DNA of 24,000 nt from Chloroflexota bacterium (lineage in GTDB: Bacteria; Chloroflexota; Anaerolineae; SpSt-313): contig JAKPJZ010000199.1 of the NCBI GenBank assembly GCA_029553955.1, forward strand, positions 16,038-40,037. Reading direction: 5' to 3'. Shown piece after piece: positions 22,720-24,000 of the stretch. The notes under the pieces are model-generated. The model was not told where the DNA came from and searched no databases. It worked only from the letters and a program-made list of their open reading frames with translations. Made by a program: the position numbers and the translations under genes. Numbering within the stretch: the first letter of the stretch is position 1; every line of letters starts with the position of its first letter.

Positions 22720-23466
22720 TCACCTCTCTCGTCGCTGCGGAGACCGGCCTGACCAGAGGCGCAGGACCGTGGCCACCGCCCGGGCGACCTCGCGGCGCGA
22801 GATCTTGGACGCACCGTGCTGGCGATTGGCAAACAGGATGGGCACCTCGCCCGTCTGAAAGCCGGCTTGCTGGACGCGGTAGAGCATCTCGATGAGAAAG
22901 GAATAGCCCTCCGAGAGCACCGTGTCGGGGCCGATGGTCTGCAAGACGACCCGCTGGTAGCAGCGGAAGCCGGCCGTGCAGTCGCTGGCCCTGAGCCCGA
23001 GCAAGACCTTGGCGAACAGGTTGGCGCCGCGGCTGAGGGCGATGCGTGGCAGCGTGCACCCCACGGCGCCACCGCCGCCGATGTAGCGCGAACCGATGAC
23101 CAGGTGGCAATCGGCGGCCCGGCCCAGCATGGCCGGGATGTAGCGTGGGTGGTGCGAAAAGTCGGCATCCATGGTCAACACCAGCGGCGCGCCGCGCTCC
23201 AGCGCTCGGGCGAACCCGGCTCGGTAGGCTGTGCCCAGCCCCAGCTTGCCGGGCCGGTGGATGACCTCTACTTCGGGGTGCTTGGCGGCCAGTTGGTCGG
23301 CCAACTGGCCGGTGCCGTCGGGCGAGTTGTCGTCGACGACGATGACGCCCAGGCTCGCCCGCAGGCCCAGCAGTTGCTCGACCAGGGGCGGCAAGTTTTC
23401 GATCTCGTTGTAGGTCGGGACGATGACGACCGCCCGCACCGGCAAGGAGTTGGTGCGCTGTGTCAC
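22720..23466 (-). CDS. GT2 family glycosyltransferase, polyprenol/dolichol-phosphate mannose synthase-like (Ppm1/DPM1 type)
   Basis: VVIVPTYNEIENL...VIVVDDNSPDGT...KLGLGTAYRAGF...TMDADFSHHPRYIP is the classic DPM1/Ppm1 pattern. GTG 23466 with AGGAG 6 nt upstream. Confidence 0.85.
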   Translation of the reverse strand: MTQRTNSLPVRAVVIVPTYNEIENLPPLVEQLLGLRASLGVIVVDDNSPDGTGQLADQLAAKHPEVEVIHRPGKLGLGTAYRAGFARALERGAPLVLTMDADFSHHPRYIPAMLGRAADCHLVIGSRYIGGGGAVGCTLPRIALSRGANLFAKVLLGLRASDCTAGFRCYQRVVLQTIGPDTVLSEGYSFLIEMLYRVQQAGFQTGEVPILFANRQHGASKISRREVARAVATVLRLWSGRSPQRRER

Positions 23467-23573
23467 GTTGTTCTCCTGCGTGCCGTGATCTGCCCTATGA
23501 TTTTGGCGTGGCTCGACAGGTCGCCCGTTCCCAACCCAAGGCGGCGAGAAGGCCAGGGCCAAATGAACGGCAA

Positions 23574-23602
23574 ATCATAGCATGCTGGCTGCAGGCGGTC
23601 AA
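23574..23602 (-). promoter_or_regulatory. near-consensus promoter TTGACC-N17-(TGc)TATGAT for the minus-strand glycosylation operon
   Basis: The reverse complement of 23574-23602 reads TTGACC GCCTGCAGCCAGCATGC TATGAT. It lies ~100 nt upstream of GTG 23466 and directly abuts the transposase remnant. Confidence 0.5.
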
Positions 23603-23612
23603 ATCAGCGGTT

Positions 23613-24000
23613 TCAGGCCGGTGTTTCCTGCTCCTGGCGTTGGCGATAGGGGCACTCGGCAGCGAGGAGGATCTGCCGCACGTATTCGTGGCTGATGCGG
23701 TCGACGATCTGCTGCTTCTCGGCCTGTTCGGCCAGGCGGTGCAGAGTCCACTTGGTAAAATGGAGCCCCAGGTCGCGCGGCCGCTTTTGGGCCAGGGCCA
23801 CGATGCGCCGCTTCTGCTCTTCGGTGAAGCGTGGCTTGGCGCCGCCCGAGCGCGTGCTGATCAGCCCCTGGCAGCCGCTCCGGTTGAAGCGGTGAATCCA
23901 CTTGCGCAGGTTGGCAGGGTGTGCCTGCACCATGTCGCCGATCTCAGGGATACGATAGCCCTCGGTGGAAAGGAGGATGACGCGCGCTCGATGTCGGAGG
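23613..24000 (-). mobile_element. IS630-family transposase, N-terminal HTH portion only (5' end beyond window; DDE catalytic domain absent downstream) - probable IS remnant
   Basis: Reverse translation from the window edge gives LRHRARVILLSTEGYRIPEIGDMVQAHPANLRKWIHRFNRSGCQGLISTRSGGAKPRFTEEQKRRIVALAQKRPRDLGLHFTKWTLHRLAEQ...ISHEYVRQIL. This is the typical IS630/Tc1-like HTH plus winged-helix region. The frame stops at 23613 and the next ~150 nt lead straight into the GT2 gene, with no room for a DDE domain. Confidence 0.7.

Noticed and set aside
19995-23580. Plus-strand ORFs 19995..20660, 20855..21847, 21950..22570, 22386..22895 and 22816..23580
   Set aside because: They are antisense to gmhA, the GHMP kinase and the two GT2 genes. 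None has recognisable domains.
1-24000. Scan for tRNA, rRNA or tmRNA genes, CRISPR-Cas, toxin-antitoxin pairs, or defence-system hallmarks (nucleases, ATPase/helicase pairs, reverse transcriptases)
   Set aside because: I could see none by eye. All large ORFs are accounted for by metabolic, t6A/housekeeping or glycosylation functions. The two small unknown ORFs are embedded in the sugar operon and do not look like TA modules.

Overview
High-GC bacterial chromosomal window. The intergenic repeat families and gene content look Chloroflexota-like to me, but that cannot be verified here. It has three blocks. (1) About 0.3-14.2 kb, plus strand: a carbohydrate locus that reproduces the whole component list of the poorly understood E. 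coli sgc PTS cluster. It has a DeoR regulator, two GatC/SgcC-type EIIC permeases, two GatB/SgcB-type EIIB, one EIIA-2, a BtpA/SgcQ TIM-barrel protein, an M42 SgcX-like peptidase and an SgcE-like pentulose/hexulose-phosphate 3-epimerase. Added to these are a Zn-dependent polyol(-phosphate) dehydrogenase, an SDR, a xylulokinase, an upstream IMPase-family phosphatase and two unrecognisable small ORFs. (2) 14.5-17.2 kb, plus strand: housekeeping tsaE-tsaB-rimI-surE. (3) 17.6-23.5 kb, minus strand: an envelope glycosylation operon (two GT2 polyprenol-phosphate-type glycosyltransferases, an HddA-like heptose-7-P kinase, GmhA and a large GT39/GT-C membrane glycosyltransferase), driven by a near-consensus promoter next to a truncated IS630-family transposase at the window end. 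A degenerate (pseudokinase-like) Ser/Thr kinase N-terminus runs off the window start. The intergenic DNA holds several structured repeat families. The most unusual is a ~250-270 bp element bounded by terminal inverted repeats, rich in G/C tracts and able to form several hairpins. It occurs twice, each time just upstream of a PTS permease gene, and one copy sits exactly on the -10 box of a strong promoter. I found no tRNA, rRNA, CRISPR array or recognisable defence or toxin system. Most long antisense ORFs in the track are high-GC shadow ORFs.
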